A stretch of 64,000 bases of DNA from a virus (taxonomy: Duplodnaviria; Caudoviricetes). Position 1 is the first letter of the stretch; every line of letters begins with the position of its first letter. Shown here one piece after another: positions 9,636 to 18,953 of this stretch. Under the pieces are notes generated by a model. That model did no database searches, was not told the DNA's origin, and was given only the letters and a program-made list of their open reading frames with translations. The stretch is from the IMG/VR virus record IMGVR_UViG_3300022719_000071, positions 224,001-288,000 of that record. One strand, written 5' to 3'. The position numbers and the translations under genes are program-made.

Positions 9636-10772
9636 ATGGCGCTCGAATACCTGAATGATACACCACAAAGAGCCTACCGTAAACTAGAGCGTGATTTGCT
9701 ATTGCAAGATCCACAGCTTAACATGCGTCGGTTCAAGAACATGACCCCACGCAGTTTGAGCACAGTCATCGAGTCTCTGGACTCTGAGATGAAGGGTATT
9801 ATCAGCGAGGCGAAGTATGGTTCTTGGTTGACTGATGATGAGTACGTTCAGAAGAAGTTACTACGTGATGCATTGGATTGCTTGCGTGAGTACAAAGAAG
9901 CCCGCCGTAATTCAGAGAAGGTAGTTCCTGGTTTCACTTACTACCGCCGTGTAAAGCAGTTCGGTCCTATGATTGAGGGTGAGCGCTGCTATGTGCGTGA
10001 AAGTTCTCCTCCCTTATGGGCACAATTCAGGATGCCGTTGGCTATCGCCAAGGCTTTTGAAGTGATGCGTCATGGTGATGGAAACGATTTCAAAAAGATT
10101 TACGTTGAGATGGCCAACGGTCGTTTGAACGCTTTGAATGATGTTGCTATTGAGCACTTGACCGAATCAAGTGATGATGCTCTAGCAGACATCGAACAGT
10201 ATTGTAACGAGCGTTGGGAAGGTCCATGGCCTTGGGAGACTCCAACCCCTTACGCATTGCGTGAAAGCATAGAGGATAGATTAGAAATGACTAACAAGAG
10301 CATTCAGCAGATGCAAGCAGACTTCGGAAGTCTAATCGTCAAGTTGAACGAAGACGAAATGGATAAGTATGAGGTTATCGCATCCGCCGAGGAGATGTCC
10401 AAAAAGATCGAAAACATGGTGCAAGATATCGCTCGTTTGGCTGGTGAGGGAATCATTAAGCTGAAGGATCAGATTCGTGTGACCATGGGTGACGAGCAAG
10501 CTGAACAAATCGAAGATACTTTCGTTGAGCCAGTTCGTGGTGCAGCCGATGCTCTTTCGAAGCTACGTGCAACCATCGACCAATTCGCTGAGGGTCTGAA
10601 GTCCGGAGACGTATCTAGTGGTGCCGAGATGGGCGGCATGGGCGATGAGCTTGGGGGTGACGATCTTGGTGGTGATTTGGGTGGAGACCTTGGTGGTAAT
10701 GAGCTTGCAGGTGACCTAGCTGACGCCAGCGTTGATGGTGAACCAGAAGAGCGTGCCATGAAGGACATGTAA
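9636..10772 (+). CDS. Hypothetical head-assembly/scaffold-like protein
   Basis: TAAATA and AGGAG upstream; coiled-coil middle; low-complexity GGDDLGGDLGGDLGG acidic tail. Confidence 0.5.
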   Translation: MALEYLNDTPQRAYRKLERDLLLQDPQLNMRRFKNMTPRSLSTVIESLDSEMKGIISEAKYGSWLTDDEYVQKKLLRDALDCLREYKEARRNSEKVVPGFTYYRRVKQFGPMIEGERCYVRESSPPLWAQFRMPLAIAKAFEVMRHGDGNDFKKIYVEMANGRLNALNDVAIEHLTESSDDALADIEQYCNERWEGPWPWETPTPYALRESIEDRLEMTNKSIQQMQADFGSLIVKLNEDEMDKYEVIASAEEMSKKIENMVQDIARLAGEGIIKLKDQIRVTMGDEQAEQIEDTFVEPVRGAADALSKLRATIDQFAEGLKSGDVSSGAEMGGMGDELGGDDLGGDLGGDLGGNELAGDLADASVDGEPEERAMKDM

Positions 10773-10773
10773 A

Positions 10774-11175
10774 ATGCCACTACGTACTTTTGACGACGGT
10801 TTTTACCCAGCAAATAGAGCACGTGATATTGCAGTGGGCAATGGCTCCGCTGATAACGACGTGCTTTCCGAGATCAACTCTCTTCAGACGCTAGTTGATG
10901 CTGCTGCTCGTTCTGGAAACCTTGAGTTGGAAGTTGGCATCTCGGAAGGTAATGAGACCAAGTTTACCGACGCAACAACGGGTCCAATCTACCGTGAGGC
11001 TTTTGCAGGCACAGATGAGTCATTTGATGCTCTTTTCCCGACAGAGGATCCACGTCTCTACAGAATTCGTATGGAGCGTGTAATCGGTTATTTCACCCGT
11101 TTGGGGTACTCAGTGCGTCGTGAAGATCAAGTGGCTGCTAGCCCTACTACATTCAACTGGATTATTAGGTGGTAA
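10774..11175 (+). CDS. Hypothetical late protein
   Basis: ORF starts 1 nt after the upstream stop. Confidence 0.6.
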   Translation: MPLRTFDDGFYPANRARDIAVGNGSADNDVLSEINSLQTLVDAAARSGNLELEVGISEGNETKFTDATTGPIYREAFAGTDESFDALFPTEDPRLYRIRMERVIGYFTRLGYSVRREDQVAASPTTFNWIIRW

Positions 11176-11197
11176 TGATGTTTGATTCAACTGATGT

Positions 11198-11515
11198 CTA
11201 AAGAGACTCATAAAATTCTACTATCTTTCTCATTTCATCTAAAGTAGCATTGTTTTTGAGACGATTGATTTTCCAACTAACAAACACTACATTATCTCTG
11301 GTATACCCCTTCGTGGAGTCAATCCTATCGATTGATAAACTGCTGTCAGATCGTTTCCCACGTTCTTGACGCAGGATAGTACCCGTGACAGGACACGTGA
11401 GAGGGACCGTCATACCCGAGATGTCTAAACGTGTGAGTTCGAACGGTATGCCAGCACGTTTCGCACGTGCCTTGGTGCGGGACCAAATGATTTCTACGTA
11501 GTCTTTGCTTAACAT
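11198..11515 (-). mobile_element. Small HNH-like homing endonuclease
   Basis: CPVTG...SIDRIDSTKGYTRDNVVFVSWKINRLK beta-beta-alpha-metal signature; antisense to neighbours. Confidence 0.75.
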
Positions 11516-11525
11516 GTAGGTATGT

Positions 11526-12230
11526 ATGAACAAGAGATTCCGGTACCGTGACCTTTCATATCCGACTTTGGAGAGCTATACTACGTCGAATGGGGAACGT
11601 GTTTACTATACTCCAATGGGTGCCGCTCCCTCTGTCACTACCATTATTAGTACCCTTCCCCACCCTGGTCTCGATGAGTGGCGGGAGAGAGTGGGAGAGG
11701 AGGAAGCAGATAGGGTATCGAAGGAAGCCGCAAGTATCGGCACGTGCATGCACGACATGCTGGAATCGTATGTTAGAGATGTTCAATACCCGGAAACGAA
11801 CACACCGGAAGAAGCCATAGCGAAGAAGATGTTCGCTGCGGTTCGTATGATGGGCCTCAGAGACCTTCAGGAGATTTGGGGCATCGAAGTGGCTCTGTAC
11901 TACGAAAACCTCTATGCTGGGCGTACAGACATCGTGGGGGTGTATTCTGGTAAGCCTTCCATCATTGATTACAAGACTTCCAAGTATTTCAAGAAGGACG
12001 AATGGATCGAGGACTACAAGCTTCAAACAGCCGCCTATGCAATTTGTCACGATGAGCTATTTCCGGACATTGAGCCAATAGAACAGTGTGTCCTCTTGCT
12101 TGGAACGAGACCAAATCCAGAGTATAGAGTGCCACCAAAGTGTCAACGGGTCATCATCGAGAAGGACGAGATGGAAGAGTACAAGGACAGGTGGCTTGGG
12201 GTATTGGAGGAATATCACGCTACACGGTAA
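11526..12230 (+). CDS. PD-(D/E)xK exonuclease (Cas4/RecB-like phage family)
   Basis: PSVTTI, GTCMH, YAGRTD, IIDYKTS and QTAAYA motifs. Confidence 0.85.
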   Translation: MNKRFRYRDLSYPTLESYTTSNGERVYYTPMGAAPSVTTIISTLPHPGLDEWRERVGEEEADRVSKEAASIGTCMHDMLESYVRDVQYPETNTPEEAIAKKMFAAVRMMGLRDLQEIWGIEVALYYENLYAGRTDIVGVYSGKPSIIDYKTSKYFKKDEWIEDYKLQTAAYAICHDELFPDIEPIEQCVLLLGTRPNPEYRVPPKCQRVIIEKDEMEEYKDRWLGVLEEYHATR

Positions 12231-12260
12231 ATACTTGTCGTCGAATAGCGAGATACCCGC

Positions 12261-12932
12261 ATGAAATTGTACGAAATCAAAGCTGCTAGTTTTGCCAAGC
12301 TCTTAGAGCAGGGCACAACTGATATCGAGAAGGATTTGGCGCAGACTGCTGGACAAATCAAGCGGGCGTCTGCTTTTGGTAAAGGCGATGAGACTGCCGC
12401 TGGTTCAGGGGCTGGTGATAACCTTGGTGCTGGAGATTTCGGACAGTTTCCAGATCCCGAGAAAGGTAAATCTCCGCTTCAACAGGATGAAGATGATCCT
12501 CTATCACCCGATGTTCCTCCTGGTGCGGAGCAGACGGATGATGAACAGGAAGAGCTATTGATGCAGAAGGTCGATAGCATCCTCATGTCCAAGACCAACA
12601 ATCATCCATATACCAAGGGTTACCAACACCAGGAAAACTCAAAGATTCACCCGTACAAGATCCTTGGTATGTCTATTGATGAACTTAATCAGCTACGTAC
12701 TATGTCTCGTAATAAAGCCAATCTGGAGACCTTCAATGGTGAGCTTGGAGTCTATGATAATCCTGATATGAAGTTCTTCCAAGATCTTGTATCGTTCGTT
12801 GATAAGGTAATCGAGATCAAGAAGGATTCGACCAAGGAATACAAGGACAACAGGGACGGCAAGACCGCAAAGTCCGACAAGAGAAGTGATTCCAAGATCA
12901 AGCCGGGTAAGGTCAAGAAGAAGGTCAAGTAA
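12261..12932 (+). CDS. Putative internal head protein
   Basis: TAAATA at about 12228; MKLYE|IK...LLE|Q N-terminus. Confidence 0.55.
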   Translation: MKLYEIKAASFAKLLEQGTTDIEKDLAQTAGQIKRASAFGKGDETAAGSGAGDNLGAGDFGQFPDPEKGKSPLQQDEDDPLSPDVPPGAEQTDDEQEELLMQKVDSILMSKTNNHPYTKGYQHQENSKIHPYKILGMSIDELNQLRTMSRNKANLETFNGELGVYDNPDMKFFQDLVSFVDKVIEIKKDSTKEYKDNRDGKTAKSDKRSDSKIKPGKVKKKVK

Positions 12933-12933
12933 C

Positions 12934-13416
12934 ATGAGATGGCAACATCTACGTGAAGCCAAGCTACCTCGGCGTTGGCGTGGGAACGTAGGTAAGTCCA
13001 TCGGTGGTAGCATCTATGCCCATATTATGTATGCTGATGAAATCATTCCTGAAGAACTTCTGAACGAAGCCAAGAAACAGCTTGGTGACTTTCGCTACAA
13101 CATTGTAAAGTACACTCCAAAAACCGGGGTTATCACTTTCATTCAATCACCAGACTTCGATACCGCTGATGAACCAATGGTTGGACCCGCAATGCTGGTA
13201 AAGCCGGATGGAACCACTAGGTTGATGAACCCCTCTGGCGATCCATGGATCTATCATCATAAGTGGCTGTGGGTCAAAGATGATTACCCAGGATTTGATG
13301 TAGAAGAAGCCAAGCGCCGTTCTATGAAATGGATGTCATTGCCTAACATTGACTACTCCAGAATAGGTAAGAAGTCGTATTGGGAAAAGTTCGTAATACC
13401 AAGGATAGAGAAATGA
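12934..13416 (+). CDS. Putative internal head protein resembling the non-MTase domain of phosphorothioation-associated putative methyltransferases
   Basis: MRWQHLRE|A start; GKSIGGSIYAH, YNIVKY, SPDFDTADEP and WIYHHKWLWV motifs; resemblance recalled, not searched. Confidence 0.45.
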   Translation: MRWQHLREAKLPRRWRGNVGKSIGGSIYAHIMYADEIIPEELLNEAKKQLGDFRYNIVKYTPKTGVITFIQSPDFDTADEPMVGPAMLVKPDGTTRLMNPSGDPWIYHHKWLWVKDDYPGFDVEEAKRRSMKWMSLPNIDYSRIGKKSYWEKFVIPRIEK

Positions 13417-13772
13417 ACCTATTTCAATGTGGCGGATTCACTCTGAATTCAGGAATGCACAGCGTTCTGAAGATAGAATGTGATGCTCTTACCCGTGAGG
13501 ACTGGAAAACATTAGCTCATTTGGTGTCCGATAAAATCAAATTCAATTCCGTGGTTGGTGTTCCACGTGGTGGTTTGATTTTTGCTGAAGAACTTATGCC
13601 ATACTGTTCTGATAAAAAAGAGTTACCATGCCTAATCGTGGATGACGTTCTGACGACCGGGGGTTCTATGACAAGATTTCGTGATGAAATTAAAGAGCCT
13701 ACTATTGGCGTTGTGGCATTCGCCTGTGGGGCATGTCCAGCGTGGATCAAACCTATATTCCAGATGTGGTGA
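13413..13772 (+). CDS. Type I phosphoribosyltransferase (orotate PRTase-like)
   Basis: VGVPRGG and the PRPP-binding loop LIVDDVLTTGGS. Confidence 0.85.
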   Translation: MNLFQCGGFTLNSGMHSVLKIECDALTREDWKTLAHLVSDKIKFNSVVGVPRGGLIFAEELMPYCSDKKELPCLIVDDVLTTGGSMTRFRDEIKEPTIGVVAFACGACPAWIKPIFQMW

Positions 13773-13791
13773 CTTGAAAAAGTTGCTTTGA

Positions 13792-14808
13792 GTGCCCTAT
13801 CTTACGAACATGAAGTTTTGTATCATAGACGCTAGCAATCTTGTTCATAGAGCCAAACACGTTATATCAAAGTATGATTCCTTTGATGAGTGTGTAGGCT
13901 TGACGCTGACTATTGTCTTCAACTCGATGAAGAAATCCTACGAGAAGTTTGGTGCAGAGCATTGCGTAGCTTGTTTCGACTCTTCCTCCTGGCGTAAAGA
14001 AATCTACCCCGAGTACAAGGGAGACCGTGTAGCAAAAGAGAAGTCTCCTATCAAAAAGGAGGAAGATGAAATCATCTGGCAGGTGCTTAGTGATCTACGA
14101 AAGTTCCTGGATGAATTCACCAATGTCACCGTTCTACATGAGCGAGACATTGAGGCAGACGATTTCATTGCTCGATGGACTCAATTGCATGACGACGAAT
14201 CATTCGAGCACATTATCATTTCCGGTGATGGAGACTTCAAGCAACTAGTGCGACCCGGTGTAGAGTTGTATGATCCCATTCGTAACTTTCTGTATACTGC
14301 TGATGGTATATTCTATCAAGATGGAAAAAAGCCACGCAAAGAACAGCCAGTAGCACAGAAACACGGTGAAACTTGGAAAGTCAAGCTTACCAAAGATGGT
14401 GACCCGGAGACATTCGAACCAGAGTGGGAACTGTTTCAGCTTTGCATTCGTGGTAAGAAAAACAACTTACGAACCGCATATCCTCGTGTACGCACGAACA
14501 AGATGCGAGAAGCTTACGATGATCGTGGTGGCCCGAAGTGGAATGATTTCATTAATACTATTTGGGGTCCGGAAGATAATCGTCAACGAGTTCGTGATAG
14601 ATATGAAGAAAACCGGTTGTTGATCGATTTGCGACGACAGCCTGACGAAATCAAGTTCGTGATGGATGAAACCATCAATGCCTCTTTGGAGAAAGATGCC
14701 AAGACTATGGTGGGCGCATACTTCGCTCGTTTCTGTGGCAAATACAAGCTTCGGAAACTGGTCGATCAAGCGTCTGCCATTACCCAATTGCTATCTGCGC
14801 CCTATTGA
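13792..14808 (+). CDS. rnh: T4 RNase H-like 5'-3' exonuclease (FEN family)
   Basis: IIDASNL, ACFDSSSWRKEIYPEYK, EADD and IISGDGDFKQL motifs. Confidence 0.88.
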   Translation: MPYLTNMKFCIIDASNLVHRAKHVISKYDSFDECVGLTLTIVFNSMKKSYEKFGAEHCVACFDSSSWRKEIYPEYKGDRVAKEKSPIKKEEDEIIWQVLSDLRKFLDEFTNVTVLHERDIEADDFIARWTQLHDDESFEHIIISGDGDFKQLVRPGVELYDPIRNFLYTADGIFYQDGKKPRKEQPVAQKHGETWKVKLTKDGDPETFEPEWELFQLCIRGKKNNLRTAYPRVRTNKMREAYDDRGGPKWNDFINTIWGPEDNRQRVRDRYEENRLLIDLRRQPDEIKFVMDETINASLEKDAKTMVGAYFARFCGKYKLRKLVDQASAITQLLSAPY

Positions 14809-14858
14809 TTCCCACGTCTCGATGTATATAATAGCGGTTCGTCAGGAGAGAACCGTTC

Positions 14859-15019
14859 ATGGCAAAGGTACAAGAAACATACAAGAAGCTGGATGATTAC
14901 CAGCATGCACGCCTTCGTACAGAAATGTACCTTGGATCTCGTGAACCTCACACAGTCCTTACCTCACTTTGACGGTGAGGTATTAGGTATGCGTGAGTTT
15001 ACCTGGGTATCGGCGGCTA
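14859..15019 (+). pseudogene. Orphaned, frameshifted original 5' end of the topoisomerase II large subunit
   Basis: MAKVQETYKKLDDYQHARLRTEMYLGSREPHT, then after a 2-nt shift PHFDGEVLGMREFTWVSA; collinear with the N-terminus at 16691; retains AGGAG RBS. Confidence 0.85.
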
Positions 15020-16690
15020 TCACACAGCTACTTGCATCTCCGTATTGAAATTTAGAACCCACACGGAATTTCCGCAATCCCATATTCTATGGTATCCCCG
15101 TTGTTGCATGATTTCTCTTTCGGTTAAAGAAGAATCATAACCATCTTTGCACAGTTTATGTTTTTGATATTTGATACGAGATTCTCTATTCAGTGGGTAC
15201 GTTGATACGTACCAATAAGCAGGTTTGCTGTGATGACTTAATGTAAATCCCAAACTTTGATAAAGATCTCCATCAGACCATCTTCTATCTGCATAAGATA
15301 CAATAGAAGATCCTGGAAATTTTTTTGTAACTTGCGATAGTAGTTTCCCTGCGCTTCCGACAACGGATGTATTAATCTTATTACAAAATCGAATCATTTC
15401 CAGATCATACTTCTTTGAAAATCTTGGTTTACAAAATGTCATAACGGAAACCAATTCATCATTCTTCCATAGTCCATAATTGATTGACGACGGATGTTCT
15501 CCCTGTAGATGATTGTCGTTCATGAATTTAGCAGCTAGTGGGTATGATATGGATTCAACACGGCAGTTTCTAGCGAATACCTTATCTGTAGTTTGTTTTA
15601 GTAAATGACTAATTTTTGACTTTACTATAGAACTCTTGTATCTCCATTCGTCTTCAAATATTGTTAACAACCTGACGTTTTGTTTTTTACATTGAAGTAA
15701 CTTATCAATATGATAATTGCTATCACAGAATCCTTCGGAATGCCAATACAACCCACACACTTCCAAAGCTAAATTATGCTTAGGAACGAAAATATCTAAT
15801 TCCTTGGGAGCAATTATTCCTCGATTACTTCGCTGGATACTAACACCCAACTGTGTGATGAAATCACCTATTTCTAATTCTGGTTTGGAAATTAATGTTC
15901 GGCACCTGGGACAACCGACTCCACGAAGATTAGCATTTGGTATCTGCCAAAATGCACCGTGCACGGGACATACAATCACGCCCTTTTGCTTACTTCCAGT
16001 ATACACAAAACGGGAATAATCATACGTCGGGTGGATTTCACCCGCTTCCTCCACGAAGTCTTCAGTGCTTTTTAGTCTACCCTTTCTATCTACACATTTA
16101 GCGCATCCACTTCCGTTTTTGTGGTCATTGGCTATTTGCCAAAATACACCATGCTCGGGGCATACTATTTGTATTTTTTCGGATACACCCCTGTAGTTCA
16201 CTAACGAATAATCATATTTTCCATCATGAATATCCGCACATCTGGACAAGAATTCCTTTTCATGCAACAACAAAGATTTAGATGATTTTTGCAAACCACA
16301 TTTATTGCATCCTTTCCCGCTCAGATGAACATATGCACGTTGTTTGAATAACCCATGCGTTGGACACTTGATAATGACCATATCTCTCGATTTGGTATAA
16401 TCAACCAAGGAATAATCGTAAAACAGTCCATGTTTAGAACGTGCTCGCCTAATGAATTCGTCAGTGCTGAGCATTAGTGATTTTGTGGTGTTTTCTCTCC
16501 CACAGTCAGGACACCCCTGATTTCTATACAAATGATTCTTCGGAGTCTGCTTGAAACTTCCGTGCTTTTGGCATATAATAGATATCGGAATATTTTTCCC
16601 CATGTAATCAGAATTGGAATAATCATACTTCATGCCGTGCGTCTTTACCGCACGAACAATAAATTCTTCAGTAGTGAGATTTTTAGGCAT
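15020..16690 (-). mobile_element. Hef-like homing endonuclease with four Zn-ribbon repeats
   Basis: Four C..HG.F.Q...H..G.GC..C repeats; ELDIFVP..NLALEVCGLYWH nuclease motif; C-terminal FARNC..NHLQG..RFC..RIWDCG region typical of T4 Hef-like proteins; AT-rich. Confidence 0.85.
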
Positions 16691-18586
16691 ATGGCAGACA
16701 CACTCAAAAAACTAAATGATTACGAACACACAAGACTTAGAACAGAATTATACTTTGGTTCTAGAGAACTTCATACTCAAAATATACTCCATTTTGATGG
16801 AAAGCAACTTTCATTGCGTGAGTTCACATGGGTTCCTGCATTATTTACAGGGATTAGAGAAATAATCGATAATGCTCTCGATGAAATGGTTGGGCATCGC
16901 AAGGGTGACACACTGCGTGTTACCTATGACGAGTCCACCATGGAGATTTCCGTTGAAGACAATGGCCGTGGTCTACCAATCGATGAGCGCAAGGATTTAG
17001 GCAAAGGTCCAGCCGCATCCATTCTCCTGGGAGAAGCCCGAGCAGGACGTAACTTCGATGAGCGTGGTCAAGTAGCCGGTACCAATGGTCTTGGTGCTGC
17101 CTGCACCAACTTTACCGCTGAATGGTTTGAGCTTGATGTGTATCACGGCTCAAAGCGTTTAAAGCAACGTTGGGAGGAAGGCACGTACGGTGGTAAGGAC
17201 AAGCACCGAACCAAAGGACCAAATGTCATTCGGGGCTCTAAGGCTAAGAGCGGAACTAAGATTACCTACAAGCCTTCTGCAAAGGTATTCAAGCATTTGT
17301 TGCTCCCAACCGATTTTATCAAAGGTCGTCTGTGGGACATCGCAGTGTCCAATCCCAAGATCAAGGTCTACTTCAATGATGAGCGTCTGACTCCATTACC
17401 CGGACGTGATGCAGTTGCCGCCACGTATTTTAAAGATCAAGCCATCAGCAAGATTTCCTTTGAGGACGGCAACTTCAACAGCCACTTCTATCTGCTGCCA
17501 GACTTCAATGGCGACGAAGAAGTTGTACATTCGGTGGTAAACAACCTACCTGCACTACAAGGCGGCTCGCACATCGATGCGTTCCGCAACCTGTTCTATC
17601 CGTCTGCAATGAGTCATTTAACCAGCACACGTGGCAATGCCTTCACCAAGGAAAAACTGACGTTAACCCGTCCTGATATTGCTACTGGCTTGCTCATCTT
17701 CAACGTCACTACTATGGATGGGCCTAACTTTGACTCACAGACAAAAAGTCGTTTGATTACCGAAGTCCGTGGAACCATGAAGGCATGCTTCGATGAGTTC
17801 CAGGTCGGATCTGCGTTTCGTAGGAACTCTGCATGGGTGGAGTTGATCCTGGAGCGTTGCCGTCGAAGGACTGTGAGCAAAGAGACCCGTGAGATCAGCC
17901 GTGAGCAGAGGAAGATGCAACGAAGCAAGGTTGCCAAGCTCCGTGATGCAACGGGGAACCGTCGCTCGAAATGTACGCTATTCATCGGTGAGGGCGATTC
18001 TGCTCTGAACAACATGTTCACTGTGCGTGATCCAAATTTACATGGTGCACTGCCGTTGCGTGGCAAGATTTTGAATGTGCATGGCATTTCACCGAAGAAG
18101 GTCATTGAGAGTCAAGCACTTGCTGACATTATGACAAGCATAGGTTTGCAAATCGGCACAAAAGCAAACCGACCCAACCTTCGATACGGGAAAGTGTACA
18201 TTGCTACTGACGAAGATGAGGATGGTAAGAACATCACCGCATTGCTGGTGAACTTCTTCTTCCGCTTCTGGCCGGAACTATTTGAGGGAGAACCATTTGT
18301 CTACAAATTCTCTACCCCGTTCATCATTGTGGAGAAGGGCAAGCAGCGAAAGTACATCTATGCAGACGCATACGATGAGTTCCAGACTAACCTGGAGAAG
18401 TATAAGGGGTGGGCTATCACCAGGGCTAAGGGTCTAGGCACTCTTACTCTGGAGGATTGGGCACATGCACTGGAGAAACCACAGGTCATACCGGTGATCA
18501 ACGATGGTCACCTGAAAGAGACGTTGGATCTGATCTTCAACCAGGATAGAGCCGATGATCGCAAGGAGTGGTTGAGTCATGACTAA
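16691..18586 (+). CDS. DNA topoisomerase II large (ATPase plus TOPRIM; gp39+60-like) subunit
   Basis: EIIDNALDE, EDNGRG, GTNGLG, EGDSA, PLRGKILN, TDEDEDG, KGLG; ATG 16691 chosen by homology to the 14859 remnant. Confidence 0.93.
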   Translation: MADTLKKLNDYEHTRLRTELYFGSRELHTQNILHFDGKQLSLREFTWVPALFTGIREIIDNALDEMVGHRKGDTLRVTYDESTMEISVEDNGRGLPIDERKDLGKGPAASILLGEARAGRNFDERGQVAGTNGLGAACTNFTAEWFELDVYHGSKRLKQRWEEGTYGGKDKHRTKGPNVIRGSKAKSGTKITYKPSAKVFKHLLLPTDFIKGRLWDIAVSNPKIKVYFNDERLTPLPGRDAVAATYFKDQAISKISFEDGNFNSHFYLLPDFNGDEEVVHSVVNNLPALQGGSHIDAFRNLFYPSAMSHLTSTRGNAFTKEKLTLTRPDIATGLLIFNVTTMDGPNFDSQTKSRLITEVRGTMKACFDEFQVGSAFRRNSAWVELILERCRRRTVSKETREISREQRKMQRSKVAKLRDATGNRRSKCTLFIGEGDSALNNMFTVRDPNLHGALPLRGKILNVHGISPKKVIESQALADIMTSIGLQIGTKANRPNLRYGKVYIATDEDEDGKNITALLVNFFFRFWPELFEGEPFVYKFSTPFIIVEKGKQRKYIYADAYDEFQTNLEKYKGWAITRAKGLGTLTLEDWAHALEKPQVIPVINDGHLKETLDLIFNQDRADDRKEWLSHD

Positions 18587-18953
18587 TAAGAAGCAAGTAC
18601 CAGCAGCGGTACATTTCCAAACGACGGGCCAGCTACAGCCAATCGATTACAACTGGCTGCACATTCTGCACGTATGTCGTGAGGCATTGCAACAGGAGAA
18701 GCAATATGTTATTCTGCCTGTCGAAGAGAAGCAGAATGACAAGCGCAACAAGATGCGGCTGGTGAAGGGAGATAAGAACAGCCCTCGTGGGTTGGTGATG
18801 AAGACCGACCGTGAGGCATTGCAACGATACTATCCGTATGCTGCCGTTCGTTTGGATGCCGAGGAATTGTCTACCTACGCTGCCAAGAGATTCAATGAGC
18901 TTGATCCAGCAGAACTGGAAAGGATGGCAAGTGAGCTTACCCAGCAGAGCTAG
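18579..18953 (+). CDS. Hypothetical protein between the topoisomerase subunits
   Basis: ORF overlapping both neighbouring genes. Confidence 0.55.
   Translation: MTNKKQVPAAVHFQTTGQLQPIDYNWLHILHVCREALQQEKQYVILPVEEKQNDKRNKMRLVKGDKNSPRGLVMKTDREALQRYYPYAAVRLDAEELSTYAAKRFNELDPAELERMASELTQQS

Noticed and set aside
14973-16690. Group I intron or intein carrying the Hef endonuclease inside topoisomerase
   Set aside because: The ORF is antisense and fills the interval, no intron core is visible, the upstream piece is frameshifted and a complete new N-terminus follows
16532-16690. 53-aa N-terminal extension of topoisomerase, and similar extensions at 18811, 40134 and 50950
   Set aside because: They are open frames overlapping neighbouring genes; homology and RBS positions favour the downstream starts
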